A stretch of DNA of 64,000 bases, from assembly GCF_006345805.1 (NCBI RefSeq), contig NC_043009.1, positions 56,916,001 to 56,980,000 on the forward strand, written 5' to 3'. Numbering within the stretch: the first letter of the stretch is position 1; every line of letters starts with the position of its first letter. The notes below the pieces were generated by a model. That model was not told where the DNA came from, searched no databases, and saw only the letters and a list, made by a program, of their open reading frames with translations. This stretch comes from Octopus sinensis (taxonomy: Eukaryota). Position numbers and translations under genes: made by a program. Shown here in pieces: positions 38,057-51,369 of the stretch.

Positions 38057-39023
38057 CCTTGTCTTCACATCACTTGATGGTTGCAAACAAGCATCACCAT
38101 CACACAAGCAAAAGTAGTCTTCTATAAAAAAAAAAAACATCTGACCATGGGAAAATGTTAAGGCACCAGCACCTGAGAGATCTATTTTGGTATAGATTTT
38201 ATGGCTGGAAGCCCTTCCTAATGCCAACCACTTTACAAAGAGAGCTGGATACTTTTCACATGGTACCAGCACTAGCAAATCCTGCTTTGGCATGGCTTTT
38301 CATAGTTGGATGCCCTTCAAAATGCCAACCTCTTTACAGTGTGGGCTGTATGCTTTTTACATGGCACAAGCACCAGTGAGATCTCCAAGTAACTTGCAAG
38401 ACAAATATCTTTTGAGAGGGGGAATACTGGATGTGGTGGCTTTGTGCCAGATGATGAGAGATGAGAGTATGACAGAGGGAAAGAAACTATGGCTACCATA
38501 GTTGGGGGGAGAGAGCAAGAGAGAGAGAGAGAGAGAGAGAATTATCAAGAATGAGAGAGAGTGAGAGTGGAAGAGAATAAGAGTGAGAGAGATGGTGGTG
38601 ATGTGTCAGGGCATACTCCTAAGCTATGGGAATGAGAATATAAATTAGATGGTAGAGCATTATTAATGGTACAAGTGGTGAGTAGGGGATCATGTGAATG
38701 CAAAGAAAGGGGAAGGTGGAGAATACATAGAGGTGTGGAGGGACAACAGAATAGCAATGATACAGTGGACAGAGACAGAGCAGTGAGGACATGATTGGAC
38801 TCTAGGAGTGAGGATGGAGAAATAAGTACTATGCATGAGAAAAGAAGAAATGTGAGGAAGAGAAGGGGAGATGTAGTTTGGTTTACTGGAGTAGGATGTG
38901 TGAAAAATGTTAATGTTTCATCTAAGTGAAACATGCAATGCTTCCGGAACTCAGTTTCACTCAAGTGAGCTAGTCTTCTCAAGAACCTCATATCATTAGA
39001 CATCTTGGTTCATTGTCATCTAC

Positions 39024-39056
39024 TCGGTGAGGCCCTCAGAGAATGATTTCCAGCAG
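39024..39056 (-). CDS. Candidate exon, 33 nt: (A)AGNHSLRASP (identical copy at 30279-30311)
   Basis: Good acceptor ctatattttggacttag|CT, phase 1-1 and open, but weak donor CCGA|gtagat. Confidence 0.3.
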
Positions 39057-39357
39057 CTAAGTCCAAAATATAGAGCAAGCTCATACAACACTGTCATACT
39101 CTCAGTGTGCATACACAAACATATTATATTAGCCTCTATAGTGTTTCTCCACCTGCAAGATGTAGCAGCCAAATGTGCTTCTGATTATACCATTGCCTGA
39201 GATATATAGTGTGTAAATAAAAGACAAGGTAGGCTTGGCAGGAATATCTTTGATCATAAATCTACAGAAATAGAGGCTGAAGCTGGTATTAAAAAATAAA
39301 ATAACAACAGTTAAGAGAACAAAAATCACATAAATCCAATTAAACATCCACTCTCAC

Positions 39358-39399
39358 CTCGTCCATTACTTGTAGCACTTGGTGTTCTGCTTCTTCGAG
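39358..39399 (-). CDS. Exon, 42 nt: (A)RRSRTPSATSNGR
   Basis: Acceptor tattttcctttgaag|CT, donor CGAG|gtgaga; phase 1-1, open. Confidence 0.7.
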
Positions 39400-39849
39400 C
39401 TTCAAAGGAAAATACAAGACAAGAAAAAGATAGCGCATTACCTTAGAAAAAATATAAAACAATATTACAATAAACAATAAAATATATAGAATAATATAGA
39501 ATACAACGTGGGTGTTATTTTACTTTATATTTACCAACCACTTAGTTTTGGGGTTCAATCCCACTGTGTGCCACCATGAGCAAGTGTCTTCTAGTTTAGC
39601 CATGGGCTATTGAAAGACTTGTGAGTGGATCTGGTAGATGTAAACCAAAAAAGGCTATCATATATGTATGCATGTGTGTGTGTATACATATATATGTGTG
39701 TGTTTTGTGCAAATTATTTTGTATTTTCTTTGTTATATGTTTTTTTGCTCACTCCTTTGTGAACAATAGCTTTGCTAACTCAATAATAAATTGCTATAGT
39801 ATCATATTACTCAAACAAGTAGAAAATTTGGGTGGGTATTGGGAAACCT

Positions 39850-40200
39850 CCCTAATGGCTTTTGAGGCACACCATCATGCTTGCAGCATTGCTGCAGGTT
39901 AGAGCAAGGCTGATGCACTGGGACAACCTGGCACCCTCACAAGCTTCACCAGTCGCCTCTGCTAGGCAAACTGCCAGTGAAGACAGGTATCTGGAAGTCG
40001 CTGGTCCGACCCCACCAAACATCTCAAACACCACAGAATGGAAAATGTAGTTGGCCAACAGATTGTGGTATTTCAGATGTGATGGGAAAAGACCTAACAG
40101 CCTCTCCTTTGTCCCTGGTCGAAAGGCAGATGCCTTGTCTGGGATGTCACAGTTAGTAATTCCTTTGCTTCTTCTCACGTTCTGGATGTTACAGTCAGGG
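39850..40200 (-). mobile_element. CRE-like non-LTR element C-terminal relic
   Basis: KYHNLLANYIFHSVVFEMFGGVGP..LSQCISLALTCSNAASM resembles the RLE-type KY..F.P...E..G..G..LSQR.S.A.QRGNA motif. Confidence 0.6.
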
Positions 40201-40254
40201 CAAGATCCACAGAATTGATAGACAAGACTATTTAAGAATTTTATCTAATCAATT

Positions 40255-40668
40255 TCATCCTATGGTTGCAGAACTGTTTCCAGAGGGAAACGCAATCTTT
40301 CAGGATAATAATGAACTAATTCACACAGCTTAAAGTTGTTACTGAATGGCACAAGGAACATTCTAGTGAAGTGGAACATTTTATCTGGCCACCACAGTCC
40401 CCAGATCTCAATATTATTGAACATTTATGGTGCTTTTTAGAAAAACAAGTAAGGAGAAGATATCCTCCATCGTCATCACTACAAGAACTGGAGACTGTTT
40501 AAGCTGAAGAATGGACAAAAATTCCTTTGGAAACAATTCAAACTTTGTATGAGTCCATACCTTGTAGAATTCAAGCTATAATTATTGCCAAAGTTGGTCT
40601 TACTCCATATTAAAATAAATTTGTTTGAAATTTTAAGGTGTTTCCATTATTTTGTCCAACCCCTGTAT
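40255..40668 (+). mobile_element. Tc1-family element, 3' part with terminal repeat
   Basis: FQDNNELIHT..WPPQSPDLNIIEHLW..IPLETIQTLYESIP; ends tccattattttgtccaacccctgTA. Confidence 0.88.
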
Positions 40669-40829
40669 TTGTAAGCCATTCAAGAACACTCAAAAACCAT
40701 TAGTTTCACTTCAACATTTAAATTTCATTTGTGTCAAAATATATTTATTGCCTAGAAACCATGACCTGTTCACTGATAAAACTTCACCAATTTTTGACGT
40801 ATGTACATATATAAATATACATATATTAA

Positions 40830-41850
40830 CAACTTGCACTAAGCATGGGTTCAGGACAGCTGTATCAGACAAGCCAACCTTCACTTGACAATACCTTGAC
40901 TTCAATTCTCACCATTCATACAGTGAAGAGAGGGATTGCTCAGTGCCTAAAACATCGAGCAAAGAATATAAGTAGCAATCCTGATACACACCATGAATAA
41001 ATGATCAAGCTAAGTAACAATCTATTTAGCAACAACTACCCAAAAAACATACTATCTACTCCAATTAGGAAGTAGAGAGAAGACGAAACCCATAAATTGA
41101 CCAGTCTGTCTATCCTATGTGAAAGGCTACTTGGAAAAAGTACAAAAGATATGCAGTCCATATCATATCAGGACAGTATTCAAAAGGAATACTACTCCTT
41201 ACAACTGCCACCTTCGAGTAAAACCACCAATAGAAGAGAATATGACCAAAGAATGCATGTGCTCCATCCCATGCAGTTGTGGGAGGTTATACAAAGGTGA
41301 AACATGCTACCTACTCAAAATAAGGGTAGAGAAACATCGTAAAGCTGTGACATGAGGAGATGTTGAAAAATTGGGTATAGCTGATCAGCTATGGAAAAAC
41401 AGAGACCACCTAACCCTGTGGGATGTAGTTAAAATAATAGACAGAAAGCACCCCTGGAAAATACGAAAAGTAAAAGAGGCAGCACATATGCTAGGACACA
41501 ACAACCTCCTAAGCAGACCTAATGCAGATATGAGTAGAATATGGGAACTGGTATTAAGGAAGGATACAAAAATATTAGGTTTATAATCCCTGAAATTCAC
41601 TCTATAATTGCCTATGGATATATAGTGTAAGGGTTAAGAGCACGATCTACTAACCCTAAGATTCCGAGTTCAATTCCAGGCAGTACTTTGAATAATAATA
41701 ATAATGATAATAATAATGATGATGATGTCAGCAAAAAATGAGAACCCAGGGTTGGGTTCAAAATTGCATCAGGACACCTGATGAAGGCTGGAGAGAAAAT
41801 CAGCCGAAATCTGTGGTAAGAACAAACAAGATAAGGGCACATATACGTCC
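40830..41850 (+). mobile_element. Penelope-like element 3' part (GIY-YIG), degenerate
   Basis: CMCSIPCSCGRLYKGETCYLLKIRVEKH..IADQLW..RKVKEAAHM. Confidence 0.8.
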
Positions 41851-42389
41851 AATGTAAATAATGTAAATAATCACAATTTGTATATGACGTCTTTCCATGT
41901 TAGGTACATTATTAAACATACATACATGTACACACACATATGCGTATGTAACAACTAACATGCGTGAATGTATGTCTCTGTGTGACTAAGTAAATGTGTG
42001 TGAGTGTATATCAGGAACTTTTTATAACACAACGATGATGATGTTACATTTTGTATATGAGTGTGTATCTGTCTGTGAATGTATGAGTGTGTGTGTGTGT
42101 GTATCTGTGAGCCTGTGTGTTTCCACATTGCATATATTATTAAACACCACACACACACACACACATCTACACATACATATACATATGTGATGACTGACAT
42201 GCCTGAATGTATGTATGTGAGTGCTAGAAGTGAAACTCTTGAAAAAAAAACTATTGAGGTGGCAAGATCCAAGGTATATATCAAAATATACATTTATTGT
42301 TCCATTACCAGTTAATTAATTATCGCAGCAGTTACAAGGTTGCATATTAATATTTACACTTACATTAAGAAATTTATCTTATATATACA

Positions 42390-42780
42390 GGCGCAGGAGC
42401 GGCTGTGTGGTAAGTAGCTTGTTTACCAACCACATGGTCCCGGGTTCAGTCCCACAGCGTGGCACCTTGGGAAATGTCTTCTACCATAGCCTTGGGCTGA
42501 CCAAAGCCTTGTGAGTGGATTTGGTAGACGGAAACTGGAAGAAGCCTGTCGTATATGTATATATATGTATATGTATATATTTGTGTGTGTGTGTTTGTGT
42601 TTGTCCCCCCAACATCGCTTGACAACCGATGCTGGTGTGTTTGCATCTGCATGGCTTAGTGGTTCAGCGAAAGAGACCAATAGAATAAGTACTAGGCTTA
42701 CAAAGAATAAGCTCTGGGGTCGATTTGCTCAACTATAAAGGCGGTGCTCCAGCATGGCCGCAGTCAAATGAGTGAAAAGA
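42390..42780 (+). mobile_element. tRNA-derived SINE
   Basis: Same family as 32630-33000. Confidence 0.8.
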
Positions 42781-43588
42781 GTATACAATTCTTTGTCTCT
42801 CTGTAATAATTATTGTGGTATTTACCATTAAATTAGCATTTTCATACATGTGCTTCTATTTTGTTCATTTCCTTATATTTCGTCAATTTACACTGCATAC
42901 AAAAATACACACATACTATATACATACCACGAGGGAAACCATTTTACCTTATTTTTTCAAGTAATTCACTACTACATATTCTCATGTGACTGCATAGGGT
43001 CACTTTATGTGTCTTATTCTACAGCCACACCAACAATCCAATGTCAACACTTCACCTTCTGCATCATTTCAACAGTTCACTTCCCCGTTGTCATCTCCCA
43101 TTGCAGCCCATTTCCAGAATGAACCCATTTACATACAATATCTCCATTACTCCCATTCGTTTGACTGTCAGCCATACGATGGGTCGTGTTACATGCAGCA
43201 CTGACCACCTCCAAGGTGAGTATATCCACTGACAACTTTGCAGTGAGTTCAAAAATTACATGCCCCCTTACAACTCTTAAGGTTAGGGCCTGATGTATAA
43301 CATGTCGCTAAGTTGAATTAGACCATCATTTACTCTACAAATGTTTTGTCATCAATGCTGCACTTTCCTGTATCACCTGTTTCAACATAACTGTAATATA
43401 CGTGTACAAACTATACCATTTTAATCCCGAGCTACGCCGGGTATCTCTGCTAGTATACATATATAATCTATATACCAAAATACACATAGAGAAAGAGGCG
43501 CCAAAAAAACTGACAAGACAGACTGAAGAGAAAGGATAAAAAGAATTGATATAAGGTTGTGTTAGCATCAGGCAAAATTCAAAAATAC

Positions 43589-43768
43589 CTTTGGATTTGC
43601 TTGGATCAATTTTCACGACTGGAGGACATTTAAAGTCAGTTTTCCATTGTTGATCATCACCACATATTAATTTCTGAGAACTCTTAAATGGTGAAATACA
43701 CTCACTGCCAATTACTGTTTCACTACAGTTTACTGTTCTATTGCAGATGGAAGTAACGTTGGGACAAA
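43589..43768 (-). CDS. Exon, 180 nt, sushi/CCP-like domain 2: (V)CPNVTSICNRTVNCSETVIGSECISPFKSSQKLICGDDQQWKTDFKCPPVVKIDPSKSK
   Basis: Acceptor ttttccacccttccag|TT, donor AAAG|gtattt; paralogue of 46106-46252 with all 6 Cys and the Trp conserved; sequons NVT, NRT, NCS. Confidence 0.85.
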
Positions 43769-43893
43769 CTGGAAGGGTGGAAAAAAATTAATTTACAATA
43801 AATAGCTATCTTCAATCAGAAAATACATATATACACACCCCTTCAAATACACACATACTTACAAATGTATATATATATATGGACATCTTCATA

Positions 43894-44112
43894 TACGAAG
43901 GAGTGCTGAAAAGTTCCTGGCTTTGGGTAAAAGAAAATACAGGAGGATCAGTTAATTATAATGTTATTCAACATATCCCCCTCATATTCACACACATATT
44001 GCAACATCTTTCAGTTTTTCTAAGCCCTGCAAAAGAACTCGGGAGATTGGGCCTCCAGCCAGGCCTTTTGCTATACCCGTAATGTCAGGAAATTTTCAGC
44101 TCTCCCCTTGTA
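43894..44112. mobile_element. Mariner-type MITE, about 220 bp
   Basis: TIRs TAcgaaggagtgctgaaaagttcctg / caggaattttcagctctccccttgTA with TA flanks. Confidence 0.75.
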
Positions 44113-44251
44113 TGTGTATACATAAGAATATGATATAAATAATATATATCTATAGGACAGCCCTGAAAGAAAAGAAGGATGATCATGTGTGGAAAAGAAT
44201 GATGGACAATGGTCACATGTGAGCAATGAGAGAGAGTAAAGGAGAAAGAGG

Positions 44252-44283
<32 letters not shown>

Positions 44284-44479
44284 AATAGACAGGCAGACTG
44301 ACAAAAAGGCAGACAGACAGACAGATAGAAAATGGTGAAGGGGAGAAAAAAGGAATTAGAGAAAGAATGAGAGAGAAAACAATAGGTGGGGGAAACAGTA
44401 TAGAGTAGAGTTGTATCAAAAACATTAAAATAAACTTACTTGGAAATAATATTTATATTATTTATATTATTATTTGATT

Positions 44480-44790
44480 GAACACGATGCAGTCCTGAGG
44501 GACATGGTCTCATGGACCCACGTTTTCATCGGAAACAACACCATGAGAAGACCTCTCATCCAACCTTACTCAGGACCTTATTGTGTTCTTTCTCATTCTA
44601 ACAAACATTTCACCATTGACTGTGGTGGTTCCAGAGACACTGTCTCTGTTGATAGACTTAAAAGGGCCTATACAGATGCACATACCCAGAAACTTCATAC
44701 ACCCTCTACACACACTACTTCATATACATCTTCCCCACCTCCACCCATACATGGAATGACAACCTGTAGAGGCTGTCACATCCATAAGTC
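44480..44790 (+). mobile_element. Gypsy LTR-retrotransposon integrase C-terminal relic
   Basis: PLIQPYSGPYCVL..FTIDCGGSRDTVSVDRLKRA (GPY/F module). Confidence 0.75.
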
Positions 44791-45224
44791 CATGAGACTT
44801 TGCAAGATTATATATATATATGAACTTGCACTAAATGACTGTCGTTTTCTCATTTTTGTATATTTGCCTTTTATTGTATTTGTAATATTGCTTTTCCTGA
44901 TGTATTTGTGTATTTACCTTCTTTGAACATTTCACACTGCATTTTTTTTTCTGCATTACTGTTGCATGTATCAATTTGCAATGTCAGTGAAGGGTACTGT
45001 AGCAAGTCAGAAAAGCTATTTTTGTTATCATATTGTAGCCTAGTTCTGCAATAGCAACTCCAACCAGCCAGAGCTGAGCACATATTAATGCCAAAGGCAG
45101 CTCTCTGACCGAGAAGAGTTAAGTGGGTGTTTGGACCAGTTAGCAAAAAGACAACAAACCAGCAACATTGGCTGTTAAGCATAGGAACTGCCCCTTTGTT
45201 TTTCTGACCAACTTTGCACTGCTA

Positions 45225-45475
45225 GCTCTGAATTATATCAATTTCTTTACTACCCACAAGGGGCTAAACACAGAGAACAAACAAGGACAGACAAACGGAT
45301 TAAGTCGATTATATCGACCCCAGTGCATAACTGGTACTTATTTAATCGACCCCGAAAGGATGAAAGGCAAAGTTGACCTCAGTGGAATTTGAACTCAGAA
45401 CATAGTGGCAGACGAAATAACGCTAAGCATTTTGCCCGGTGTGTTAACGATTCTGCCAGCTCGCCGCCTTCGCTC
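45225..45475 (-). mobile_element. tRNA-derived SINE (second family); further copies at 54120-54745 (three in tandem) and about 60945-61090
   Basis: Reverse complement gives gagctggcagaatcgttaacac..gttctgagttcaaattcc..cctttcatcctttcggggtcgat. Confidence 0.8.
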
Positions 45476-46105
45476 TGAATTATATCAACCCTCAACCCAA
45501 CTCACATCATGAACAACCTATTTCATTCATGCCAAATTCTGAATAACATCAGCCCACAAATCTGGCTATATCATGAGCAGTATATTTTTGTTTCCACTAG
45601 CACCGTTTTTGTTAGCTTAAAACAACATCCAACTGAATCCATTTTTCCAATGTAAGTTATAAAGCTTTCTCTGATTCATGCACATACACCGGCTATGTTC
45701 ATATAACTTGTCAGCACTCGTTATCCTTTAATAAATTAAAATATTTTATATAAAAATGCCTTCTGATATTTTCATTACACTCACTTCTCAAAAGCTCATT
45801 TACAGGACCTCTCAATGAACACTTACACTAAAGTGGTGATCCTTTATCAACATTCTCTCAATAAATATATATACAATATACCAAAATACACATAGAGAAA
45901 GAAGTACCAAAAAAAACTGACAAGATAGACTGATAAGAAAGGAAAAAGGGAATTGATAAAAAGATGTGACACCAGGCAAATTTTTTTAAAAACTTCAGAT
46001 TAGATTACATCAATCTTCATTTAATTATCAGTTATTGGAATAAAGACATATTCTATCAAGACAATCAAATAAACAAAAGACAATTCTACACAATAAAATT
46101 ATTAC

Positions 46106-46252
46106 CTGGACATTTAAAGTCAGTTTTCCATTGTTGATCATCACCACATATTAATTTCTGAGAAGTTTCAAATGGTAACATACACTCACTGCCAATGATT
46201 GTTTCACGGCAGTTTATTTTTCTGTTGCAGTAGATAGTAGTTTTGTTACACT
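46106..46252 (-). CDS. Exon, 147 nt, sushi/CCP-like domain 1: (E)CNKTTIYCNRKINCRETIIGSECMLPFETSQKLICGDDQQWKTDFKCP
   Basis: Acceptor ttttccaatccctccag|AG, donor CCAG|gtaata; 6 Cys with C-x5-W-x5-C end typical of sushi domains; N-glycosylation sequon NKT. Confidence 0.85.
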
Positions 46253-46590
46253 CTGGAGGGATTGGAAAAAATTCATTTAGTACAAATAGTTGACATCAAT
46301 TAGGAAATATATACATGCACACATATTTATATACATGCATATATACATACATACATGCATACATACATACATATGTCTATACATATGAATAGGTATATTA
46401 GATATGGTGTATATATATATAATATAGATACATATATAGATAGTATGTATATCTATATATGTATGTATGTATGTATATATATATATGTATATATATATTA
46501 TATAATATAATGTATATATATATATATATATATGTAGATATATATATATATAATAGTATCTAATATATAGTATATATAGATGACTATATA

Positions 46591-46637
<47 letters not shown>

Positions 46638-47091
46638 GATATATATATATTTGTATGTATGTATATGTATATGTATATGTATATATACAAATTGAGATGG
46701 AGGTTGTAAATGCAACCCTCTATGGGATAACGTATATCCAATATACTGCTAGTGAAGTACCCAACAAAGTTAATACATAAATGTTAATGATTGCGATGCA
46801 ATCAATTCATTTACTGTATTATATGGGCAAAGGTAAAATGATTTACCACAAATTACTAATACAAGATAAGAAAATGGAGAAACACATCTAAATCAAATAG
46901 CAATTACCAGATAATACTCAATCACATACTTTATTAAGCCACCACATAAGAGACTGTAGGGTAAATATAAAAAGCAGAACAATCAGTGTACATAAAGGAA
47001 TGCCATAAAAAAGTGTACATAAAAGAGTAATGTATAATAAGTAGAATATATTTAAAAAAGAATATAAGATCTAATGTATGCTTATATTTAT

Positions 47092-47191
47092 NNNNNNNNN
47101 NNNNNNNNNNNNNNNNNNNNNNNNNNNNNNNNNNNNNNNNNNNNNNNNNNNNNNNNNNNNNNNNNNNNNNNNNNNNNNNNNNNNNNNNNNN
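47092..47191. other. Assembly gap (100 N)
   Basis: Direct reading. Confidence 1.
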
Positions 47192-47199
47192 GGGAAGGG

Positions 47200-47648
47200 T
47201 GACGATGAATGGAGAGGGGGAAGGGAGAAGGTGGGTAGGAGTGAATAGAACAGAGAAGGAGGCTAGGAGTGAAGAGAAGTAGGAGTCGGAGCAAGAGAGG
47301 AGAGGTGGGTGGAAGGAAGTAGGTGTGAGAGGAGAAGGGAGGAGGGTTAGATGAGAGGGGAGGAGAGTTGAGCCCATGTGGTGCAAAGGAGCGAAGAGAG
47401 ACGATTAATCTTTATTCACAGCGAAGACGAATGGCTCCAGTGCAAGAACAATCCGAACACAGACAGGTGTTGCAAAGAGTGACCGGTAGAGCGGAAATGG
47501 TGCGAGACCGGGGTGTCATTGCCGAGTCGGATGTCTCGGAGTTGTTCCGCGAACCGGTCAGCCAAGCGGCGTCCCGTTCGCCCGATGTATAGAGAAGGAC
47601 AGAGAGGTATACATACCCACACACACCACACACACACACACATATATA

Positions 47649-47698
<50 letters not shown>

Positions 47699-47860
47699 TA
47701 TATATATATGAAATTTACAGAAAAACAAAAGACGAAGACAGGTGTATAAATAACAAGCATGTATAAGGTGAGAAACTCTTTTACGTTTCGAGCCTACGCT
47801 CTTCGACAGAAAGGACACAGGAAATAAACAGAAAGAGAATAAAAAGTTTTTGGGATTTAG
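47200..47860 (-). mobile_element. Penelope-like GIY-YIG relic
   Basis: LYIGRTGRRLADRFAEQLRDIRLGNDTPVSHHF. Confidence 0.8.
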
Positions 47861-47866
47861 CGGTTA

Positions 47867-47940
<74 letters not shown>

Positions 47941-47952
47941 ATGCATACAGAG

Positions 47953-48449
47953 GTAAAATCAATCGCCATATCAAAGTGGTTGTTCCATGTTACTACTAAG
48001 TTTAACCCCAGGCAGATCTTCTGCCAGCTGGTTATCGGTGCGACGCTGCACGCTTTAAATACAATATATATTGCTAGCAGAGGTAGCGAACTCCTACCAT
48101 CCTCTAGCAGACAACAGGATCGCAAAACTGACTCAGTTTTGTGCTGCTTGACTCATCTTCATACGCGAGTACCCGTAGCAGCTCAAAACTGAGTCAGTCG
48201 TGATCCTGGCTCCTAGATCACTACTGAATCAGACGCGAGTACCTGGCCTCTAGCAGCTCATAACTGAGTCAGTCTCGCGATCCTGTCGTTTTCTAGAAGA
48301 TGATAGGGATTCGCTCCCTCTGCTAGCAATATATATATTGTATATAAAGTGTACTGCGTCGCACCGACAACCACCTGGCAGAAGATCTGCCTGGGGTTAA
48401 ACTAGTAGTAAAATGAAACAACCACTTTGATGTGGCGATTGACTTTACA
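47953..48449. mobile_element. About 500-bp foldback/MITE with about 190-bp inverted arms
   Basis: gtaaaatcaatcgccatatcaaagtggttgtt..ccccaggcagatcttctgccag on the left matches the reverse complement of 48260-48449. Confidence 0.88.
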
Positions 48450-48507
48450 TTTTAGTATAGTTACTACTCTGATCTCTTCATGAAATTTTAAAACTAGCTA
48501 TCTTGCT

Positions 48508-48564
<57 letters not shown>

Positions 48565-48738
48565 ACGTGTATGTGTATGTGTATATACACATATATATGT
48601 TTGTAGATGTATGTGCTTACACACGCGCGCATGTATATATTTTCAAATTCAAAATGGCTGACGACTAGCATCACACTTGAAACTCAAGAGTACCATCGAA
48701 TTTAAATCAAACTGTTTTAATCTTTGTGTGTGTGTGGT

Positions 48739-48780
<42 letters not shown>

Positions 48781-48815
48781 GCGTGTGTGTGTGTGTTGTG
48801 TGTGTGTGTGTGTGT

Positions 48816-49770
48816 ACAGTGGTGCCTTGACTTCGAGTTTAATTCGTTCCGTGACTTTTCCCCATTGAAATGAATTGAAATGGCATTAATTCGTTCCGGG
48901 TCTCACACACACACACACAAAAAACACCGCAATTTTTTTGTTACATGTTTTAAGAAATGTGTACTTATAAATAACGAAGAGTGTATATAAAAAAAAAATC
49001 TTGCAGTCGCCACTCGCATTGGTGCACAGTGCGAGGGTCAGCCTATCCTTCATGAGTTTGTGACCTGGCATCCTCTCCTCTGCCGTTATATAAGTCCTCC
49101 TTGGCATCTTCTTCCCAAAAAGTCCAGTCTCATGACAGTTGAAGGCTTGCTGAAGGATGTATCCTTCGGCTGCTATAATTCCGGCAAAAGTTTGAGGTAA
49201 TCCTCAGCAGGTGATCGTGCTCGCTGCCTCACCATGCCTGACAAAGGAGTGAATACCGATCCTCATTTGAAAATTCGAACCAGCCCCTAATAGCTTTAAA
49301 TGTCTCGCCCAATGCCTCGTCCGTACAAGTGCCTGGGGTCTGTTGCAGTAAATCAGCGTAAATAGCTCGTGCCTTCTCGCAGATTATAGCCTCCGTCACG
49401 GTGTCTCTTGCGAGCTGCTTGTCCGTCAACCACACTATCAGCAGCTTCTCCATATTTTCATGGATAGATGTCCGCTGTTTAGAAATTATTTTAACGCCCT
49501 TGGTTGGCATTATAGCCTTTATCGACTCTTTCGAATTCAGTATGGTGCAGATTGTAGAAGTGTTACTCTCATACTCCTTCGCCAAGTCGACTACACGCAC
49601 ACTTTGGCTATGTCTTTCGATAATTTCTTTCATTAATTCAATGCACATCATCCGCTTCTTCTTCTCGGCACTGTCTTTCGCACTCACATTCTTCGGACCC
49701 CATGATTGGGAAAACGAAGTTTTTCAAAATAACAACAAGCAAAACACTGATGCTTCAGTAGCCTGCAACT
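48816..49770 (-). mobile_element. Tigger/pogo-like transposon, internally deleted (CENP-B-type HTH + start of DDE)
   Basis: ORF 49229-49687 (KKKRMMCIELMKEII..STICTILNSKE..MEKLLIVWL) and MPRRTYIT..KDRLTLALCTNASGDCK; terminus TAcagtggtgcc. Confidence 0.85.
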
Positions 49771-50031
49771 ATATATACATATGTATATACATATATACAT
49801 ATGTATGTGTGTGTATATGTATGTATATATGTATATATATATGTGTATATATATATATTATATATATATATATATTATTATATATATATATATAATATTA
49901 TATATTATGTATGTATATATATATATGTATATATATATATATGATTATATATTTATATATATATATTGTATGTATGTATATATATATGTATAATATATAT
50001 ATATTATATATATAATATATATATATATTAT

Positions 50032-50064
<33 letters not shown>

Positions 50065-50308
50065 TATGTGCGTGTATGTATGTATATGTATATACATATT
50101 TATGTATATGTATATATATATGTTTGAATGTATGTACGTATATATATGTATATATATATGTGTGTATGTGTGTGTGTATGTATATATGTATGTAAGTGTG
50201 TGTGTGTATGTGTGTGTGTGTACGGATATGTATAAATCTGGATCAAACTATTAATATAGATATTCAACCACAAGATGGATTGAGTGCAATTTTTTTTCGC
50301 CTGTACAA

Positions 50309-50340
<32 letters not shown>

Positions 50341-50678
50341 CACAGGGCGTTTGCGGTTTGGTCAAGAGTCCCAAAATTTTGAAGAATAAACAAATCTATT
50401 GTTTCCCTTATTATGACTGGTTAAGGAATTGTTAGCAGGAGAGAAAATTGAAGAGTTTAAAGGCGGAAGTGAAGAAGCAGAAAAGTAGGATGAGAACGGA
50501 TATGTAAATACATAGCTGCAACGATATACAATTCAATACATACATACATACATACATACATACATACATACATACATACATACATACAACAAACATACAT
50601 ACATACATACATATATCCATACATACATATATCCATACATATATCCATACATACATATATACATACATACATAATACA

Positions 50679-50710
<32 letters not shown>

Positions 50711-50727
50711 CATACATACAACCTACA

Positions 50728-50759
<32 letters not shown>

Positions 50760-51369
50760 CATACAAACATACATACATGAATACAAAACATACATACATT
50801 ACATACATACATAACATACATACATACATACATACATACTTACATACAAACATACATACAACATACATACATACAAACATACATACATACATACATACAT
50901 ACATACATACATACAAACATACATACATACATACATACATACATACATACATACATACATACATACATACATACATGCATACAAACATACATACATACAT
51001 ACATACATACATACATACATACATACATACATACATAAACATACGCGCGCGCGCACACACACACACACATACATACTATATGCATACATACACGCACGCG
51101 CACACATACATACATGCGTAAATACTTCCATACATACATGTATGCATTCACACGCATGTACATTCATACATACGCACGCACAAGCACGTACAGAGATAAG
51201 AACACATAGATACATACATATGTATGTACATACGTACACAAATGCTCATATACACACATGCATACATAATACATACATACACGCGCGCGCACATACATAC
51301 ACATATTTATACATACATATGTATGTACATACGTACAAACATGCGCATATACGTACGTACACACCCACA

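Noticed and set aside
43334-43390. 57-nt candidate exon YVETGDTGKCSIDDKTFV
   Set aside because: Open only in phase 2; it has an in-frame TAG in phase 1, which its neighbours require. It also lies next to a ctagcagagatacccggcgtagctcggg hairpin resembling a Helitron/DINE-type terminus.
45816-45845. 30-nt candidate exon with gtaagt donor between the sushi exons
   Set aside because: In-frame TAG in phase 1 (AG AAT GTT GAT AAA GGA TCA CCA CTT TAG).
46930-46953. 24-nt candidate exon with good splice sites (ccctacag|..AAA|gtatgt)
   Set aside because: TAA in phase 1, and only 42 nt from the next candidate acceptor; could be a UTR or other-phase exon but cannot be placed.
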